The notes under the pieces were generated by a model. It saw nothing but the letters and a program-made list of their open reading frames with translations, was not told the DNA's origin and did no database searches. From positions 8,569,124-8,633,123 of the forward strand of contig CM082596.2 in assembly GCA_040954595.2 (NCBI GenBank): a DNA stretch of 64,000 nucleotides, in the 5' to 3' direction. This document shows, in pieces, positions 12,365-27,300 of the stretch. Each line of letters starts with the position of its first letter. Position 1 is the stretch's first letter. This stretch comes from Balanoglossus misakiensis. Taxonomy: Eukaryota > Animalia > Hemichordata. Both the position numbers and the translations under genes were made by a program.

Positions 12365-15300
12365 GCAGCAGTTGGGTCGGGTGCAGAACCAGCCTACTTG
12401 CCAGTTGGGACTGATGTCAGTGCCAAATACAGAGGTGCATTTTGTGAAGCAAAAGTCAAAACAGCAAAGAAGTTGGTCAAGTGTAAGGTAAGCCATGTGT
12501 GACCCTTGTTAAAGGGACAAAGTCTCTCTCTCGCTGCCCTTTAACCATTAATTATGTTTGATGCAAGACACCGTTTATGTTAATGTCCATGTGGATATAT
12601 AGTAAATCCACGTTCAACCACACACACCTTCCATCCCACTTGTAGACACGAGAGTGAAAAAACTCGCCAAAATGAATAATCAGTCTCTACCGTTTATTCA
12701 TTTTTGCGTGATTTTTACTCTCATATCCTACAAACTGGATGGAAGTTGTGTGTGGTTGAACGTTCATTCACTACGTATACACATGTACATTAACATAAAG
12801 TGTCTTGTATCAAACATAATTAATGGAAAAAAGGGCAGCGAGAGAGAGACTTTGTCCCTTTAATAATCTATCAAGTTAGGAAAGGGGCATCATGGAAAAC
12901 CATTTCCCTCCGTCTTCCTCCAAAAGGATACCCACATGCTGTTTCTGCTGTCATTTTGTTCTGTGTAAATGCCAGGACTTGTAGTTGTACTGGCCTTATT
13001 GCTTTTCACAACAGCATATACAACTTGTTGTATGAAGGGCTTCACACATTTCATGTTTGGCTTGACGATAATTGAAGGGGATATCATGAAGTCTTCAAAC
13101 ATATTAAGTATGTTGCTGAGGATATTACTGAATTGTAAATATCCTTGAATTTACTGATTTTTCCATTTGTCTGATGCAGTGTTAAACTTACCATTATATT
13201 TTGATGCAGATTTGTGATGAATATAAGCCTTGATGTTTATATTTCAACATGTGAAAACATGAATATTTTACAAAACCCCATGCTTCTGTGAGGACCATCA
13301 TGGCTGTGTCACGACTGACCAGTTGTTTTGAAATTTGGATACATCCCATGGGAGGTTTCTACATCCTAAGATATTTTGTGTGAAAATAAAAAGATGTATA
13401 TTCATCTTTTCTGACTTACAAGAAATCATTTTCTCTAAATACGTCATTAATCGTGTGATATTCTTTAAAAAAAATCTGTTTGCTGTAGGGTTTCTTGTTG
13501 TCTCAAAATTAATGCGTAGTGGCTGATACTGTTTATTTGCTCTGGGCAGGTCATATCTTGGTACAATTGATGTCAAATATCACAATAGAGCTGTGTCAAC
13601 CACTAGGTCATCTGTAATTTACTTACGTTTGGAAGATATAAATGTACTGATGTATGAAGATACTTGTGTAATGGTTTTGACCTTTGGTTTGACCTTTGTT
13701 TGTGATCATAGCACCATTCTTGATTTCTGTTGTCCCTGTAATTATGATGGTCTTAGTTCTTCTCCTGAGAATTACTGTCCACCTGACCTATTCAGTTATA
13801 TGCTCGGTCCTAGATTGACATGCATCCAAGCATAAAAATGTGTCTGCCAAACATACATGATGTATCTGCTGAAGGAATTGTCTTTAATCATGAGATGACA
13901 GATATATTTTAGATAGATCTGTCTTAACACTGATAATGGTCTAGGCAAATTTGAGCGTGTTAACTTCTATTAATTCAGATCATGATGGTTAACATACATT
14001 TATGGTCCTACTTCTACTTGTATATTTTGGTATTTGTCTAACAGCTCGCCCTATTTGCTTTGTCTGTGTACTCCATAGATTAATTTCAAGGATGGATCTA
14101 CAGCAGTGGTAACAGATGACCAAGTCAAGGGACCGCTAAGGGTAAGATCCTTGTTAAGAGTTTGGTCTTAAAAAACACCCATTGGCCAGTTCAGGGACAC
14201 ACATGATTTATCTGAAACTGATGTCACAACAGAACACGAAGATGAAAAAAAGAAAACAATTATACACAGTGTTCAAATGTTTTTCAGATAGTGCAGTAAT
14301 GGGTAAAACTACCTACCTTACCTACTGCTTTGAAGTGTCGTGCAAGATATATCACATAGCCTTACTTTAAACTATTGCCAAGTTGTTTACTGGATGACCT
14401 AGATGACCTATCACATCAACACTGTGCATTGTTATTGTGACACTTTTTTTCTTGTTTTTTGCAGAATGGTCTGCAAGTGGAAGCTAAACACCCTGATGGA
14501 GTTTATATGGAGGGTACAATCACAAAATTAACAGATGCGAGTTCCTATACAGTTGGTAAGTGTTGTATTTGACTCCATTATGAGGGCAGATATGCGATGT
14601 CAGTAGGTGAAATTAGGTGCAACTCAGCATTCTTTATTTTTTATTCTCCCAAGACTTATGTATCAGTATTTTTTATGCCACCTTCAAACTGTTTGTTTTT
14701 TGTCATACTTTACCATTGAGTTACTGAAAAACATGTCTTTTTTGCTAGCATGTTAATTTATCTGGGTATAAAAATTTGCTAATTTAAGATGCCACTATTC
14801 TTATTCAAAGTTCTTATATTTACCATGGTTAAGGTGCCTTCATAGCTAAATTAAAAACATGCTAATTATTCTTAGAATGCAAATTTGCTGAAAAAAAGCA
14901 TGCCGCTTTAAGTGCTTTACAGTGTTGTATTTTACTCCGTCCACAAAACCTGTATCAAGGCTGTCGATATTGATATCAGCATAGAAATGATAATGTGAAG
15001 CAGATCTGATATTCTTTTATGTCAAATGACATCATTCGCATTTAAGTTGGTATTCAGATTTCCAGCTGACGGGCAACATGGTGCAGACAATGGTTGTGCA
15101 GACGAATCATCATGGGGCTGATGAGGCACTATACCCGATACATTTTGTGGTTCTAAAGTATAAACATACTTGGACAATCTTTCACTAGATGCCGCCATGT
15201 TGTTTGCCCATCACCTGGAAATGGCAATGCCGTGGGTTGCATGACCAGATCATGTGATTGATATTAACGAATTGTCCCTTTTGGGTTTGCAGTGTTCGAT

Positions 15301-18300
15301 GATGGCGATGAGAGGACATTGAGAAGAACAGCTCTGTGCCTTCAAGGAGAAAGACATTTCAATGAAAGTGAGGTAAGAATTTGATGTAGACTCACATTAT
15401 GAAAGTGTAATAAGAATGAGGCGAAATAAAAAAAAAATTGTGCTGTTCCAATTACCCGTCCTATCCTAATTTTACCCCGCCGACCCTAATTTTTTTTAGA
15501 GCTTTGTAAACTGGATGTAAAAAAAAACAATGTTACATTAAATATACAAAATTTATTGAAATTGCGAGAATCACGCAAGAACTATGACATCATTCTTCTA
15601 CACTGCAGCGGCCAAAGATAAACGAAATTGCAAATTAAAAAAAATGCTCTACCTACCAACCCTATTTTTGAAACCCATGTAATCGGAACAGCACATATTG
15701 TTTTGGCCTGAGCGATATCAATGTCCAATGCACATTAGGATGTTCTGCAAATTATAGACCCATTTTACCTTTTTGTTATTTCTCCTTCAAAACAGACACT
15801 TGATCATCTGCCATTGACCGATCCCGAGAATTTTGGAACTCCAGTCATGAGAGAAGGAAAAAAGAGTCGGAAACGAAGAAGAGCAAGTCCCTATTCCTGG
15901 TAAGTTCAAAATCAAAATAATGTACTTCAGTCAAAGGTATACGGTCACCACCAATTTACATATGCCCATATATGGCTGAAATGGAGTACTAGAGCATTCT
16001 AAAGAACATATGGTGGCACTCTTTTTTCACATGTGCCACAAACTGAAAATCTGTCATTGACTAGATCTCATTTGCCATGGTAACTGCAGCTAATTTTGCA
16101 TAGGTGACAGTATTGTGAAAAATGTATGTGGCTGTTGTACAGAGCTATGCATCCAAACATAAATGTACGATACAGGAGGATGTGGAGGCCATATTCGTGA
16201 CCCTACATTACTTTTACATACTTGTACATGTACTTCCGTTGATATGAATCCACAAGGTTGACTAAGACATCTTCAAATACAGCAGATGTACTCTATATGT
16301 ACTGAATTCCAAAAGTGACTCTTTTTCAAGTATTATTTTATGTTTCTTGCGCCAAAATGTAAGATTTTGACAACCCACTGCCAATGGATGTACAAGGGTG
16401 AAGGTCATGATGAGGTCATGAAAGTGACATGAACACACTGTGCTGCAGTTGATTTAGCCGGCACGCGAGACACAAAGTTAATTGCAGACTTCACACTACT
16501 GGCATTTAGAAGCACCACAATTTGGAAATACCTGTAGTTCATTTATAAAATCTGTCTGTAATTTTTTTTTTTTTGGGGGGGAGGGGGGGGGGGGGTGCCA
16601 TTCCCTGCTGTGATGTATAAAATTTGATGTATAAAATGTAAAGAGCCAATAAATATTCATCCAAATTCTCAAGATTGGTTTTGATTATTTTTGCTTTACA
16701 GCCGGAGTGAGGATGAAGAAGAAGAGGTTGAATTAGAATCCCAGAAAAGGAAACGTCTGTCTGCGCAAGATGAAAATATTGGTCAAGTTGTTTTGATCGA
16801 AATTAATGATAAACGGAAGACACAGTGGTATCCGGCACTAGTGAGTAGATCTTGAGTCATTCTGTTTACAAATTGAATCATTTTACATTTTCACATATAG
16901 TGTGGAGGCTTATTAGCATAATTTATTTGTCTTTAATGGGACTAAGTCTCTCTCTCTCGCTGCCCTTTTTTCAATTATGTTTGATACAAGACACCATTTA
17001 TGTTATTCTACATGTGGATGTATAGTGAATCAACGTTCGACCACATACAACTTCTACCTTACTAGTTGTAGACACAAGAGTAAAAAACTTGCCAAAATGA
17101 ATAATCAGTGTTTGCAATTTATTCATTTTGGGTGAGTTTTTACTCTCATATCCTACAAACGGGATGGAAGTTGTGTGTGGTCGATTCACCATATATCCAC
17201 AAGGAGAATAATATAGACAGTGTCTTGTATCAAACCTAACTACTGGAAGGAGGGCAGCATGAGAGGGACTTTGTCCCTTTAATTGTTTGAAGCCATTACT
17301 TGTATGCTTGAATTGAACTTATAAGGCCATTTTGCAGACAGGCCAGAAAGGCCGACAATCGTCTCAAGTGCATGTGTGTAATTTCGTGTGTACAAACGTT
17401 ACCGCCAATCCAAATGTTCTGCAAATTTTGCTTTCGACGCATTCAAATAGTGGACAGACTCCAGCTTGTCTGTTGTTAGGACTGCACACTGCCTTATGTT
17501 ATTGACTGTGTACAGTTTTCATAACAAGAGTCAACGGTTTCACACATGCACACAAGACGATCGCCGGACTTTCAAACTGATTGCATTCCACTATGATTTC
17601 CTTCAATGTGTTCCATAAATTGAGCAGAGACCGTGTCATTGACAATGATTATTCTTTCAATTTCTACAGTGCGTGTATCCACACAGAGTACCTGAAGTGG
17701 AAGTGAAAGGAAAAGACCATATCATTGTTAGATCTTTCAAGGATGGAAAATCGTAAGTAGGATCTCCAGCATTTGTAATGCAGTACAACTAAAAAATTTT
17801 TAGAGCCAGCCATTTTGTCACAATTTTTGTTCATGTATTCAATGACCCCAGACAAGCTATATTTAACCCTAATGCTACTGGGTGTCAAACGTGTCAAGTC
17901 CCTTAAAATACGTATTTGCAATTTTTTCTTCTTAAACGTATTTTGACTGTCTTGGCATTGGGTCTCACACGTACTTAGACCAACATATTTTGACGAATAG
18001 GGTAAGAAACTTAAAAATTGCTGACCCCTTCTTTATTAACAGCGGGAAATTCGGGTCTGCTTCTTTTTCAAATTACTGGTCCGGCATAAAAACAGCTGGT
18101 CTGGGGCCACCGGGTTAGCGTGAATTTCGCACGCTGGTAGTATGTGTGTTTGTGTAATTCTGTGATCGCTGTGGTCAAGCGTTTCATGTCATTGTGCTTT
18201 TCATTTCTTTACAGACACAGTGTTTCAGTAAAAGAGGTGCGAGAGTTCATCCAAAAGGAACATACGTTATCCAAGGTAGAAGCGGGATTAAAACCAGGTA

Positions 18301-21300
18301 CGTTTCAACTTCTCTCGGCTTGAAATAGTATTTGATAGCATGTGACATGGTGGTGCGGATATGTGTGAAGAAATAACTGTAGGCATGTTTTGAGTCAGTG
18401 TGAGATTGATGGGGAATCGTTTCATGTCATTTGCAAGTTGTATATTGTTAGATGCAAAAAGATCTTATTTTCTGACATCATGAAGGAACTCCCCTACTGT
18501 ACGATATACTGATATCGGGTCCATTTTATCAGTGTTATGTCATATCAGTGTTATTGCATCACTCGCAAAACAGTGGCCTCTCTCGATATCGGGAAAATTT
18601 CAACTCGCAAAAATAGAGTGTTTGACAGTATTTTGAATTCACATGTATTTGATTGCAGCCATTGAGAAGGCAATCGCTTTCCAAGACACTGGAGAGTTGC
18701 CGTCCAACTGGGATTCCAATCTTTTGAGGCGGAAGAGAGATGATAGTGAGAGTGAAGAGGATGGAGATGAAGATAATGGAGACGAGTCAGATGAAGACTC
18801 CGATGATGAATATGATGAAGAAAAGGACAGATGGTTAGCAGAGTTGTATAAATTCATGGAAGAAAGAGGTTGGTAGTCTTTCATTTCTGTCACAAACTCT
18901 TGATACTGTTAATTGGATAATGCTTTGTTGAACCATTACTTGAACTGTTCAACCCTTCCACCATTATGGTTCAGTCCAAATCCATTGTTTTCTATGTGGT
19001 TAGGTTGGGCCTCTTTACAGAGAACTGGGGGGTAAATTGCTTCCTGTTTGAAACTCTGACCTTAGTGAGTTGTGAATCATTTACCTGTACTGGAGTTCAC
19101 CTCCAATCTCCTCAGCCCCTTTTTGCACACAAAAATTAAATCCATGTATTAAGATAAGATGTGAAGGTCAGAATTCAATTAGTAAAATATGGCAGACACT
19201 AAAATGGGTGTGGCAGGTGGAAACTTGGCCAAAATATTCCCAATTATATTATACCAGTATATTGTTGGTGTAAATCACGCTATTTGATTGGTCGAGACAC
19301 GACACGTGACCGTGATATATTAGCCATATACCACAGTCATATATCATAGTCAAAGAAAATGCCTTTTTAAAATGTTTTATGCAAAGTTTATATATACTGG
19401 CATAATATAATAGCAATAAAACACCCCCAGCCATGGTATACCACGAGATTTTGACCAGTTCAACTCCATATACGCACTCGTTATCGCTCGTGCGTATATG
19501 TTGTGAACTGGTCAAAATCTCGTGGTATACCATGGCTGGGGATGTTTTATTGCTTAAATTTATTGCAGGTATGATACAATAGTAATGCAAGAATACTGCT
19601 GTGGCACCTCAAAACAGACAAAAATGGAACAGCCAGTCTAATTTATGGGCAGTATGCAGTCTCCGAGACAATACTTCTCATCTCATGCAGCATTGTTTCT
19701 GAAGTATTCCAAAGATATTGCCGTATGTCTATATATCAAATGATGATAGTTATTTCCTTGAAAGAAATTTCACAAGATTCACCCATATCTCTCTCTCTCT
19801 CTTTCGCAGGAACACCAATCAATAAACCACCAGTGTTGGGATACAGAGACCTCAATCTTTATAAATTGTATAAACTCGTGCAAGAAATGGGAGGATGTAA
19901 GAAAGTGACTGATAATCAAAAATGGAGAACTGTTTACACAAAAATGGGCATTCCAGTCCTCAATTCTGCTGCTTCTTATAATATTAAAGCTGCCTATAAC
20001 AAGTAAGTGAGGAGTCTTAATGTTGGTGAATGTTTCATCCTTTCATGACTATGGTTCAGTCAAAATCCATTGGTTTCTGTGGTATGGTTGGACCTCTAAC
20101 GAGGGAACTAGGTGTGAAAGGGTTAAAGGGACAAAGTCTCTGTCTCGCTGCCCTTTTTCCATTAATTATGGTTGATACAAGACAACTGTTTATGGTATTC
20201 TACATGTGGATATATAGTGAATCAACGTTCGACCACACACAACTTCCATCCCGTTTGTAGGATATGAGAGTAAAAATCTTGCCAAAATGAATAAACGGTA
20301 AACACCGATTATTCATTTGGGCAAGTTTTCCTCTCTCGTGGAATTTTCCTCTTATGTTACAAATGTATTTATTCACGCACTCCAGAATTGATAAAAAGCA
20401 TTGTTAATACTTTCCATTTCAGATATTTATATGCTTTTGAGGATCACTGCAGAAAGCTTGGATCAAGTTTTACTGTGACTAGAAGGTACAGCAGTAGTCG
20501 ACTCAGGCAACAGAAACCGAAGGCAGTGAAGAGGCTCAGTACAAGAGAGTCTGATGAAGAAGATAACAAAACCAAGAAAAAGGTGGGTTTTCCAAATGGA
20601 TGTCTTATTTCAGGTAAAATAATTTGCCTTCTTTGAGTTCACTATTCACACCAAAGTAAAGTTCAGATACGTCGCCTTTTGGAAATATATGGTTTAAGGG
20701 GTTCCTATGTTGTCCTTAATGCCTTTACTTTTTTTTTACCATAGTCTGGAAGGAAGTCTGATGCTAAGAAAGATTTAGAGAAAGAAGCAGAATTGGAACG
20801 AGAACGAGAAGAAGAGAAAGAAAGAGAACAAGAAAGGGAGCGAGAGAGGGAACTGGAACTTGAAAGAGAAAAGGAATTGGAGAGAGAGAAAGAGTTGAAG
20901 GAGAAGGAAAAAGAACGGAAAGAATCCAAGAAGAGAAAATCCAGAGATGATACGGCCAAAAGAGCAGAAGAGAAAGAGATGGAAATTGAAGGATCAGAAA
21001 AGGCTAGTGGCAACTCACCCAAGTAAGTCAATTTCAAAGCTTTGAGTCAAGTTGACGATTCCTATACCTTTGCATGTAGTGTGGCTAATTTTCTTGAGTC
21101 ACGAGTGAGTTTGTTGAGTTGGTGGTGCTGCATATGGGCTTAGAGGGCCCACTGGATGTGATTATTTGAAGTTGAACACCTTGACTACAACCAGCTGTGT
21201 ACAACCCTATATACAAAAGAAGCTACAGGCAAGGTAGTCAAAGGGTTCAACTGCCAAGTTTAGGTCCACCTAACACCCTGGGAATGCAGTATGTTTGTTT

Positions 21301-24300
21301 AGGGACATCAATGAAAAATAGCGTCAAGGACACTGTGGTCCCATTTGAGGACATAGCACATAGCAACATAGCAATGGATGGCAAGATATGGAAAAGTAGG
21401 TCAAAGGTCACCTGAGGTCATGCAAAATTTGGGCAAGAAATTTTGACCCTATACTGGTCCAAGTTGAACAAAAACCAAACCTATAGCCCTATTGGTTAGC
21501 CTGTAATTAGGTATGCACATAATTAATGAGATATGCAGGTGTCACAGGTGACCCATATTTTGGCTTTTCAATTTTAGTCCCAACCCTCCAAACGCGAAGT
21601 CTGTATCTGCTCTGGATGCCAAGATATGATAAAGTAGGTCAAAGGTCACCTGAGGTCATGCAAAATTTGGGCAAGAAATTTTGACCTTATACTGGTCCAT
21701 GTTCAATAAAAACCAAACCTATAGCCTTATTGGTTAGCCTAGGATTAGGTATGCACATAATTAATGAGATATGCAGGTGTCACAGGTGACCCCCAATTTT
21801 GGCTTTTCAATTTTAGTGCCAACCCTCCAAACGCCAAGTCTGTACCTGCTCTAGATGCCAATATATGGTAAAGTAGGTCAAAGGTCACCTAAGGTCATGC
21901 AAAATTTGGGCAAGAAATTTTGACCCTATACTGGTCCATGTTCAACAAAAACCAAACCTATAGCCTTATTGGTTAGCCTGGAATTAGGTATGCACATAAT
22001 TAATGAGATATGCAGGTGTCACAGGTGACCCCCAATTTTGGCTTCTCAATTTTAGTGCTAATCCTCCAAACGCCAAGTCTGTACCTGCTCTGGATGCCAA
22101 GATATGGAAAAGTAGGTCAAAGGTCACCTGAGGTCATGCAAAATTTGGGCAAGAAATTTTGACCCTATACTGGTCCATGTTCAACAAAAACCAAACCTAT
22201 AGCCCTATTGGTTAGCCTGGAATTAGGTATGCACATAATTAATGAGATATGCAGGTGTCACAGGTGACCCATATTTTGGCTTTTCAATTTTAGTCCCAAC
22301 CCTCCAAACGCCAAGTCTGTACCTGCTCTGGATGCCCAGATATAGGAAAGTAGGTCAAAGGTCACCTGAGGTCACCCAAAATTTGGGCAAGAAATTTTGA
22401 CCCTATACTGGTCCATGTCCCACAAGAACGAAACCTCTAGCCCTATTAATTAGCCCGGAATTAGGTATGCACATAATTAATGTGTTAAGCAGGTGTTACA
22501 GGTGAGCCCAAAAATTTGCCTTTTATTTTGGCCCCATTGTGCTCACTGGCCAATAGACAGTCACTGTACAGGACTATTGCACAGACCAGAATTCCACAAT
22601 AAGACGTGGACATAGCTTAACCATAGAGGTATAAGTAAAGGTATAAATTTAATAAAAAGACTAAAAAATTCATAAAAAATAAAACATCCATGATATCAAC
22701 TTAACACTTACAGGTCGGTGTGAGGTTGACATAAGGTACATACATCAGTCTGCACGATAACCCCTCGATTAGGGCGTGTCTGGTACCAGTGATTTGATTG
22801 GCTGTTATCGAGTTATTGGCATGTTCGTCATCGTCCGACAAACCATTTTTTACATGGGTAGGCACAAATTTTCACGCATCAAGATCAATTATTTTTTAAC
22901 ATTGCGTGAACAGTTTCTATCATAAATTGATATTTTTGTGAAATTTATACGCAAACTAAATATTTTCGCAATGATTTGCGAATGCTGACAACCTCTGTAC
23001 GCATACCAACCCATGCGCTTAATTTTGCCTACCCTACACACAAATGGTTTACACTTCCGCCAAATTCATGTCAACACGAAGTACGCGGCACGAAGTGTGA
23101 CAATTTCAAGGACTCTTGTCCTCGAACTGACCCACTTTCTGTTATACTTGGAACATCTGAAACTTTTTCTGATTTTTTTTTCTTCTATTTGGCGTGGTCT
23201 TGCCATGAAATGAAAGAAATGACTGTGAACCAGATTTGAATAGGTTCCTCAAATAACCACTCAATGCATTCATACATACTGACTTTTTAAAACATGTAAT
23301 TTTTATCCTAAATGGTTTACATGGAACACCATAGATATGACACCAAGCGAATTATCTATCGAAACTAATTAACTCTCCAATGAAGAAAAACGAATGGAGA
23401 GAACAAAAACGCTAGCCTAGACAAAAACGCCTACTTTGTAACCGATCGTATACAACAGCGGCTGTGGACCCGGCAGATATGCCCCAATATGGTAAAAAAA
23501 TGGGCGTAAAAGTCAAGTCTGGTGACATGGCGGGAAATTTTCACGGTATACAACAGCGGCTGTGGACCCGGTTCTGGAGGCTCAGATGAAAAACATGGCC
23601 CAAACAAGCAGAGTTATGACTGATCTGTGATTAAAAACATGCATTGCCATACGTTATCCTCTAAATTCCACCCGAACTAAAGTGTAATTAGCTAAGAACA
23701 CCGAGGAGATACTTCCGTATTAGTCTGCCTCACATGAATGAGCAAATGATCTACCGTAGACAGACGCTCATTATGCATGACCTGCCACTTTCCACCAATA
23801 GACGCAGCTCTACGGTATCACATGACATTATTATTGAGTTGATCTGCACACGTGAAAATTTCCCGCCATGTCACCAGACTTGACTTTTACGCCCATTTTT
23901 TTACCATATTGGGGCATATCTGCCAACGCAAAACTTTATGGGGAGTGACAAATGACATGCTGCATTCAAGAAAATAAAACTGGATTGGACAATGCGGCGC
24001 TAAATGCTCACATGACTGAAATCCGGCGTGTGTCAATCAATGTTTTTTTATGGATGTCTTCAAACTCACGCGTTCCAAAACAAAATCTGGGTAGGCGGTA
24101 AACCGAGAGTGTTGCATTTTGAAGTTGAAAGATCCCTGGAGTAAACCATGTGTCGATGTAGGGGTTTGCACTCTCCTAATGGCTCAAACGTTCGAACAAA
24201 ATGGACTCGAAAATAATAGCATTTTCTATATTTTTCCTCATATTTATATTATCCTACGGGCACATCTTAGCATTTGACTGCACATTTGACTATTTTGGAA

Positions 24301-27300
24301 TGAAAGGTAATATCAGAAGGGCATATTTTTCATACAAGATTGCCGATATGATTTTTAGACCAAAAAGTACAACATATCAAAGAGAGGCCTGTAAATCCCC
24401 CGGAATATGCACTCTCTATTTGGTCACGCGCTGAGGAATCCTACGGAACCGGCAGCATCATAGGACCCGCTTACCGGGACAGTCCATGACTTCCCGAACA
24501 CGATAGTAGCAGCCGTTTTTGCACAGAGGTGACGCCAAGACCAAGATTTTGCCCTAAAATTGACAAAATATTCGGATTTTGCCCAATATCGACTAACGTA
24601 AATTGGCTACATTTCTGCCGACAGCAAGCGCGCTCAGTGAACCCAGTTGACCTGATTTTCGTTTATTTACATACTGAGGTACGTTTAATCCACATAAATC
24701 GGCAATCCCGTCTTTAGACCAAAAAGTACAAATGTTGAAAGTCGAGTATGCTTCAAATTAAGGAATTTTAGCAACCTTAATTCAGAGTAAAAAAAATATG
24801 TTTTGAAAAATGTATATTTAACAACAAATTACTGTACAACGTTCGTCAGACATGCAGTCGACACCTCCCATCCTCATAATAGTAAAGTCATTCTCTAGTT
24901 TACGAGAAAACCGCAACTTAAATTCGCCAATATCGCTGGCTTTTGTTTACTTTCAATTACGCGCATGGATAACGCCTCTGTTGCGGATATTACCCGGCAT
25001 TCATAGGTACCGGAAGTTGGGGCTATCGTGCAGACTGCATATCAATTTTCAAAGCAATCTGACCAGTAATTGTTGACTTACAGAGTTTTGATCAATTTCA
25101 CATTTTACAAGCTAATTTGCATATTTTTGGGCCTGGCAACTTCGTTTGGACAAACTCCCATCTACAGCCCAGCCTGCACCTACACACCAAATATTGAGGT
25201 GATACGCGCAGCGGTTTTCAAGTTTTTGATGTGGACGGACATACATCCATACATCCATACATCCATACATCCATACATCCATCCATCCATACATACATAC
25301 AGACGCAACCCATCCCATAAGGTCCCATGGTATATAGGCCTATACCAATGGGACCTAAAAACATCTTGTGTTCATTCAAGTTTGGTATGCAGTGAAGGCT
25401 ATTCTTCACTTGATCGAATCATTAACTGGCTGTCTACTATCTTGCTTTCAGAAGTGAAACTGGTGACAGAGATGGCGAAGATTCTGACTTCGGCGTCGGC
25501 GAAAAGATCCAGGTCAAATATGGCAGAGGTCGTAATCAGAAAGTGTATGAGGCTAAGGTAGAACCCTCAGTTATTAACTTTTCACACCCAGTGCAGGGCT
25601 TACTCTGGCTACTCAGCCAATACAGCATGAACACAAGTAGCCAGGCTTTAAACTCAAAGGGTGCAAAGTCCTATAAATTAAACATGATAACCGAGCATTT
25701 CATATGTCACCCACTTTGCGACGACCGCTTTCTTTTCAAATTAAAATTCCTGATAGGCTGTTCTGTTTGTTTGTTTTTTGTCAATCTTGTAGATAGTTGA
25801 CCTGGAGAAGGAAGAGGGGGATACAACATACTATGTGCACTACAGTGGCTGGAATGTGCGTTATGATGAGTGGATACACAGAGACAGGATTGTCAAATCT
25901 TTGGAGAGTCCCAAAGAGTCGCCGGTACCTGTGAAGAAAACCAAGACGGGAAAGACGCCAACGAAAGCTAAACCGAGCGACAAGGAAAAGGAAAAAGAAG
26001 AGGAGGAGAAGGAGGTGGTGGTGAAAGAAGAAGCTGAGGACAAAAGCAAAGAGAAACAAGTGGACAAAGAGAAGAATAAAGAGAAGGAGAAAGACCGAGA
26101 TAAGGGGAAAGGAAAGCGTGGACGTCCGCCCGTCGGAAAAGCTGCTCAGCCGTCAACACCGAGAAATGGCAACAATGGTAGTGGCGGCACAAACAGGGCC
26201 AAGTCGCCAGTGACTTCATCGCCCGGCCAACTGAAAACGAGAGTGACTAGATCTGATAGAAACAGTCTATCAGATTCACCGTTTGCCCTGGGCTTGGAAG
26301 GTAATCACCTTTTGATGTAGTTTTTGTCTCCCGTTTGGTGTACAGTGAAAACCTGTTTATTAAGGACACCTTTAGGAGCAGAAAAATTGTCTGTCCTGAG
26401 TGAAACTAGCTTTTGTCTTGAAAAATGTCTATAGTTGAACAGTTTCCTGTTAAGAGAGGTGTCCATAATGATGGGTTTGATTGTATTCAGGGATCTCCCC
26501 ACACCGAACAGTCTGATAGCCTTGTCCAGCACTCAAACAAAAAATAGCTGTCCAGTTCTATTATTCATTTCTCCATTTAACGTGTGCATGTTTTTCAAAG
26601 GAAAAGTGTCAAAATTGTGTCAAACGTACGTCCATAGTTTGATACCATCTACTCAAGTCAAAGCTAAACAAATTGTAACATTCCGTATTTATAGAATCCA
26701 CATGGACTCAGCTGTCCAGCCTGACCCTATTATTTCCAGTCAGTCAGTCATTATAAGCTGGACAAAAACAAATAGTTATGAATATTCATATTGTCCAGCA
26801 CTGATCTGAGGATGGGGAGATACCGGTTTATTGATATAGACCAGTCCTTGTCTAATTTGTTCTCTTGCTGTCAGTGGGTCGTTACACTTAGCACTGACCA
26901 TGTAGTGGCATTAGAAGGCTTTAGATTGGTATGGTTAGAGTGTGCTTTCCTTGCAGCTCTGTTTCCCATGAAAGCCTTTACTTATGTTTGAATCTATTGA
27001 TGTTCCTTTGACAGAAAAACCAAGAACAAGAAGAAGCTCAGGCGTGGCTGACAACAGACCGAAGCTTGAAGACAGTGGTGAGGCTTTAATACACACTAAC
27101 CTGAATTTGAATTTCATTCAAGTCAAACCTGTCTATAGTGGCCAGTCAAGGGACTTTCTCACACTCCTGACACGCTGGGAGTGTGGGACATCGATCACTG
27201 AATCAAAATCTGCATATGACGCGAGTGCTGATTGGTTGAGAAAGTGTTCTTTTGCCAATGCGCAGTAAATGTTATCCAATGGCACGATGTGTATTATGTG

